Below are positions 60,272 to 64,000 of a stretch of DNA of 64,000 nt, piece after piece (within the stretch, counting starts at the first letter, position 1; each line of letters starts with the position of its first letter). A program made the translations under genes and the position numbers. The notes under the pieces are model-generated. The model had not been told where the DNA came from. It did no database searches and worked only from the letters and a program-made list of their open reading frames with translations. Source of the stretch: an uncultured Desulfarculus sp. (GTDB lineage Bacteria; Desulfobacterota; Desulfarculia; Desulfarculales; Desulfarculaceae); the NCBI GenBank assembly GCA_963665125.2, contig CAXXUK010000001.1:864001-928000 (forward strand), read 5' to 3'.

Positions 60272-61198
60272 TTGAAAATCGCGGTTGTATTTCCAGGACA
60301 AGGTTCCCAGTTCGTGGGCATGGGCAAGGAGTTTTTCGAGGCTTCGGACCAGGCGCGGGATATCTTCGCCAAGGCTGAAAAGGCCAGTGGCCTTGCTTTG
60401 CAGCGCCTTTGCTTCGAGGGCCCAATGGATGAGTTGACCCAGACCGTGAATCTGCAACCGGCCATCACGGCCGTGAACATGATCTGCTGGCAGGCCCTGA
60501 AGGCTGCGGGCGTGGATGCGGCGATGACGGCCGGCCACAGTTTGGGCGAATACTCGGCCCTGGCCGCCGCCGGCGCGCTGCCCCTGGAAAAATGCTTTGA
60601 ACTGGTGGCCCTACGGGGCAGGCTAATGGACCGCGAGGCCCAGGCCAATCCCGGAGCAATGGCCGCCATCATGGGCGCGGGTCCCGACGACGTGGCCGCC
60701 CTGTGCGCCGAGGCCGGAGGCATGGTCCAGCCGGCCAACTACAACACTCCCCAGCAGACGGTGATCACCGGAGCCAAGGACGCCGTGGGCGCCGCCTCGG
60801 ACCTGGCCAAGGAAAAGGGCCTCAAGTCCATACCGCTGCGGGTCTCCGGCGCCTGGCACAGCCCGCTGATGCAAAAGGCCGCCGACGAAATGGCCCAGGC
60901 TTTGGCCGACGTGAAATGGGACGAGCCCGGCTGCCCGGTGGCCCCCAACACCACGGGCCGGCTCACGGGCAAAGCTTCCGAGCTTGCCGAGCAACTGGCC
61001 GCCCAGATCACCGCGCCGGTGCGCTGGGTCCAGACCATTGAGGCCATGTTGGCCGAGGGCGTCGACACCTTCATCGAGGTGGGCCCCAAGAACGTACTGG
61101 CGGGATTGATCAAGAAGACCGCGCCATCGGGCGCCGCCAATATATTCAACATCCAAGATCCCGGGAGCCTGGATAAGGTCCTCGGCGAAATCAAATGA
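60272..61198 (+). CDS. fabD: Malonyl-CoA:ACP transacylase
   Basis: FPGQGSQ, QPAI, GHSLGEYSAL, VSGAWHS, EVGP; TTG start behind GGAGGAG. Confidence 0.93.
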   Translation: MKIAVVFPGQGSQFVGMGKEFFEASDQARDIFAKAEKASGLALQRLCFEGPMDELTQTVNLQPAITAVNMICWQALKAAGVDAAMTAGHSLGEYSALAAAGALPLEKCFELVALRGRLMDREAQANPGAMAAIMGAGPDDVAALCAEAGGMVQPANYNTPQQTVITGAKDAVGAASDLAKEKGLKSIPLRVSGAWHSPLMQKAADEMAQALADVKWDEPGCPVAPNTTGRLTGKASELAEQLAAQITAPVRWVQTIEAMLAEGVDTFIEVGPKNVLAGLIKKTAPSGAANIFNIQDPGSLDKVLGEIK

Positions 61199-61431
61199 GA
61201 CAACATATGGCTAAGGTGACGGTAATCAGCGAACGCTGCAAGGGCTGCGGGCTCTGCGTGGACGCCTGTCCGCGCGGCAACCTCCAGCTTGGCCAGAACA
61301 TCAACGCCAAGGGCTACCATTTCGTGGAGTGGACCAATGGCGGCGAAAAGCCGTGCAACGGGTGCGCCTTCTGCGCCGAACTCTGCCCTGATGTGGCTCT
61401 GCGCGTTTTCAAAGAAGAGCGAGGCAAATAA
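61195..61431 (+). CDS. 2x[4Fe-4S] ferredoxin, delta subunit of 2-oxoacid:ferredoxin oxidoreductase
   Basis: CKGCGLCVDACP, CNGCAFCAELCPD; alternative start 61207. Confidence 0.9.
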   Translation: MRQHMAKVTVISERCKGCGLCVDACPRGNLQLGQNINAKGYHFVEWTNGGEKPCNGCAFCAELCPDVALRVFKEERGK

Positions 61432-62492
61432 TGGCTAAGCGAGTTCTGGTAAAGGGCAACGAGGCCATTGCCATGGGAGCCATCGCGGCGGGCTGCCGCT
61501 ATTATTTCGGCTATCCCATCACGCCTCAGAACGACATTCCCGAATACATGAGCGCCCATCTGCCCCCCATCGGAGGCACGTTCCTCCAGGCCGAGAGCGA
61601 GATAGCCTCCATCAACATGCTCCTGGGCGCGGCTTCAACCGGCGCCAGGGCCATGACCAGCTCTTCCAGCCCGGGCATCAGCCTCAAGCAGGAGGGGATC
61701 AGCTATCTGGCGGGCTCGGAGATCCCCGGCGTCATCGTCAACATGAGCCGCAGCGGACCGGGCCTGGGCGGCATCCATCCGTCCCAGGGCGACTATTTCC
61801 AGGCCACCAGGGGCGGCGGCCACGGCGACTACCGCACGCTGGTTCTGGCCCCGTCAACGGCCCAGGAAAACTACGACCTGACCGTGCTGGCCTTTGACCT
61901 GGCCGACAAGTACCGCAACCCGGTAATGATCCTGGGCGACGCCCTGATCGGGCAGATCAAGGAGCCGGTGGAGCTTAAACCCTACCGCAAGAACATGCCC
62001 CAAAAGGACTGGGCCCTGACCGGCAACGAGGGCCGCGACAAGCGCCTGCTCAAGTCGCTGTACCTGGCCGACGGCGAGCTTACCGAACAAAACTGGAAGC
62101 TGGCCAAGAAATACGCCCGCATGGCCAAGGAAGTGCGCTTCGAGGAATACGAGACCGACGACGCCGAGATGGTCCTGGTGGCTTTTGGTTCGGTGGGCCG
62201 CATCATCAAGACCTCGGTGGACATCCTGCGCGAAAAGGGCCGCAAGGTCGGGCTGCTTCGCCCCATAACCCTGTACCCGTTCCCCAGTCTGGCCGTGCGC
62301 CGGGCCGCCGAAAAGGCCGACTCGCTGATGGTGTTGGAACTCAACACCGGCCAGATGGTCGAGGACGTGCGTCTGGCCGTCGAAGGCGTGGCTCCGGTTG
62401 ATTTCTACGGCCGCCCGCCGGGCTCCATTCCCACGCCCGATGAACTGGCCAAGGAAGTGGACAAGGTCTGGAAGAAGAGGAGGGCGAAATGA
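61431..62492 (+). CDS. vorB: 2-oxoacid:ferredoxin oxidoreductase alpha subunit (VorB-like, 2-ketoisovalerate type)
   Basis: GNEAIA, FGYPITPQ, QAESEIA, TSSSSPGISLKQE, GGGHGDY. Confidence 0.85.
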   Translation: MAKRVLVKGNEAIAMGAIAAGCRYYFGYPITPQNDIPEYMSAHLPPIGGTFLQAESEIASINMLLGAASTGARAMTSSSSPGISLKQEGISYLAGSEIPGVIVNMSRSGPGLGGIHPSQGDYFQATRGGGHGDYRTLVLAPSTAQENYDLTVLAFDLADKYRNPVMILGDALIGQIKEPVELKPYRKNMPQKDWALTGNEGRDKRLLKSLYLADGELTEQNWKLAKKYARMAKEVRFEEYETDDAEMVLVAFGSVGRIIKTSVDILREKGRKVGLLRPITLYPFPSLAVRRAAEKADSLMVLELNTGQMVEDVRLAVEGVAPVDFYGRPPGSIPTPDELAKEVDKVWKKRRAK

Positions 62493-63244
62493 GCGAGACA
62501 GCATTGAAGCAGGCATTCGACCGCCCCAAGGCGTTGCGCGACGTGCCCACCCATTTCTGCCCGGGCTGTCACCACGGCGTGATTCACCGCCTGGTGGCCG
62601 AGCAGATCGACGCCTTCGGCGTCCAGGGCAAGACCATCGGCGTGGCCAGCGTGGGCTGTAGCGTGTTCTTGTACGACTATTTCGACGTCGACGTGGTGGA
62701 AGCGCCCCACGGCCGGGCCGCCGCGGTGGCCACGGGCGTGAAAAGGGCCCGCCCCGACAACTTCGTGTTCACCTATCAGGGTGACGGCGACCTGGCGGCA
62801 ATCGGCACGGCCGAGATCGTCCACGCGGCCAACCGCGGCGAGAAGATCACCGTGGTCTTTGTCAACAACGCCGTGTTCGGCATGACCGGCGGCCAGATGG
62901 CCCCCACGACCCTGGAAGGCCAGGTCACCACCACCAGTCCCTACGGCCGCAAGGCCGAAGAGGCCGGACTGCCCATCCGCATGGCCGAGATGCTCTCCAC
63001 CCTGGAGGGCGTGGGCTTTGCGGCAAGAGTCGCGGTCAACGACATCAAGAACCTGCAAAAGGCCAAAAAGGCCGTCAAACGGGCCTTTGAGTATCAAACC
63101 AACGGCTGGGGCTTTTCCTTCATCGAGTTCCTGTCGGCTTGTCCCACCAACTGGAAGATGAGCGCCAAACAGGCCAACGAACACGTCGGCTCGCAGATGG
63201 CGGCCTATTTCCCGTTGGGTACTTTCAAGGACGTGCGCGGTTAG
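62489..63244 (+). CDS. 2-oxoacid:ferredoxin oxidoreductase beta (TPP-binding) subunit
   Basis: FCPGCHHG, HGRA, YQGDGD..NN TPP motif, GMTGGQ, CPTNW. Confidence 0.92.
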   Translation: MSETALKQAFDRPKALRDVPTHFCPGCHHGVIHRLVAEQIDAFGVQGKTIGVASVGCSVFLYDYFDVDVVEAPHGRAAAVATGVKRARPDNFVFTYQGDGDLAAIGTAEIVHAANRGEKITVVFVNNAVFGMTGGQMAPTTLEGQVTTTSPYGRKAEEAGLPIRMAEMLSTLEGVGFAARVAVNDIKNLQKAKKAVKRAFEYQTNGWGFSFIEFLSACPTNWKMSAKQANEHVGSQMAAYFPLGTFKDVRG

Positions 63245-63263
63245 GCGCCAGCAGGAGCGATAT

Positions 63264-63812
63264 ATGTATTTTGACACCATTATCGCCGGGTTCGGCGGCC
63301 AGGGCGTAATGCTCATGGGCAACATGCTCGCCTACGCGGGCATGGAAGCCGGCAAACAGGTTACCTATATGCCGGTATACGGCGTGGAAATGCGCGGCGG
63401 CACGGCCAACTGCACCGTCGTGGTCAGTGAAAAGCCGGTGGGTTCGCCGGTCATCCACGAGCCGCTCACCGTGGTGGCCATGAACCGCCCCTCGGCCGAG
63501 AAATTCGGCCCCAGGGTCAAGAAAAAAGGCCATCTGTTTGTCAACGCCTCCCTGGTCGACCAGGAGCACATCGAAACCAAGGCCAAAAAGGTGACGTTCG
63601 TGCCCACCCTGGAATTGGCCCTGGAGATCGGCAACGACCGCCTCGGCAACATGATCATGCTGGGGGCCTTGGTCCAGGCCAGCGGCATCCTCAGCGTGGA
63701 TGACATCGTCAAGGCTTTGCCCGTGGCCCTGGATAAGCGCTACCACAAGATGATACCCATCAACACAGAGGCCCTGCGCCGAGGCGCGGCCTTTATGGTA
63801 GATGGCAAATAA
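63264..63812 (+). CDS. 2-oxoacid:ferredoxin oxidoreductase gamma subunit
   Basis: AGFGGQG, YGVEMRGG, NMIMLG. Confidence 0.92.
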   Translation: MYFDTIIAGFGGQGVMLMGNMLAYAGMEAGKQVTYMPVYGVEMRGGTANCTVVVSEKPVGSPVIHEPLTVVAMNRPSAEKFGPRVKKKGHLFVNASLVDQEHIETKAKKVTFVPTLELALEIGNDRLGNMIMLGALVQASGILSVDDIVKALPVALDKRYHKMIPINTEALRRGAAFMVDGK

Positions 63813-63873
63813 AAAGCTTTATCCCGGCGGTAATATGGCTATAATGTAGCTGTATTGCACACGGGAGCAGATC

Positions 63874-64000
63874 ATGGTTGCTGAAAAAGACGATAGACAC
63901 ATAAAACTTTTCTCCCGGGAAAACGGCGCCGACTCATCCAGCCACGGCCAGGATGACTATTTGCGCGGTGTGGAAAAGGTGGCCGGCGTTGAAGCCGAAA
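63874..64000 (+). CDS. 5' end of unknown gene, truncated by window edge
   Basis: TATAAT at 63840, GGGAG RBS, ATG 63874, frame open to the end (MVAEKDDRHIKLFSREN...). Confidence 0.55.
   Translation, partial: MVAEKDDRHIKLFSRENGADSSSHGQDDYLRGVEKVAGVEAE

Overview
GC-rich chromosomal window from an anaerobic, probably sulfate-reducing deltaproteobacterium (Desulfobacterota-type; inferred from the qrcD-like gene end, the zraP-zraS-zraR layout and the vor and glcD/F-like genes). Most of it is housekeeping: efp, glyQ/glyS, smc, ftsY, pgk-tpiA-secG-tRNA-Leu(GAG), lptCAB-rpoN-hpf-ptsN-rapZ-EIIA-rimI, and fabD with a four-subunit 2-oxoacid:ferredoxin oxidoreductase. Five things stand out. (1) A 14 kb envelope locus (13.4-27.3 kb) carries an orphan PpkA-like vWA / TagT / TagS / TagR / TagQ-like operon with no kinase domain and no T6SS genes in the window. 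It is extended by a lipoprotein, an S41 protease and an NTF2-like protein, and it faces two exported proteins that share an unnamed C-terminal domain. (2) A periplasmic CxxCH + triple-rhodanese gene is split by an in-frame TGA followed by a SECIS-like hairpin, so it is a likely selenoprotein. (3) A dispersed intergenic palindromic element shows compensatory base changes between copies. (4) An intact IS3-family element with a 4-bp target duplication disrupts a lipocalin gene. (5) There is a core (MesB-like) folate-independent methionine synthase. All calls come from reading motifs by eye; no searches were run.
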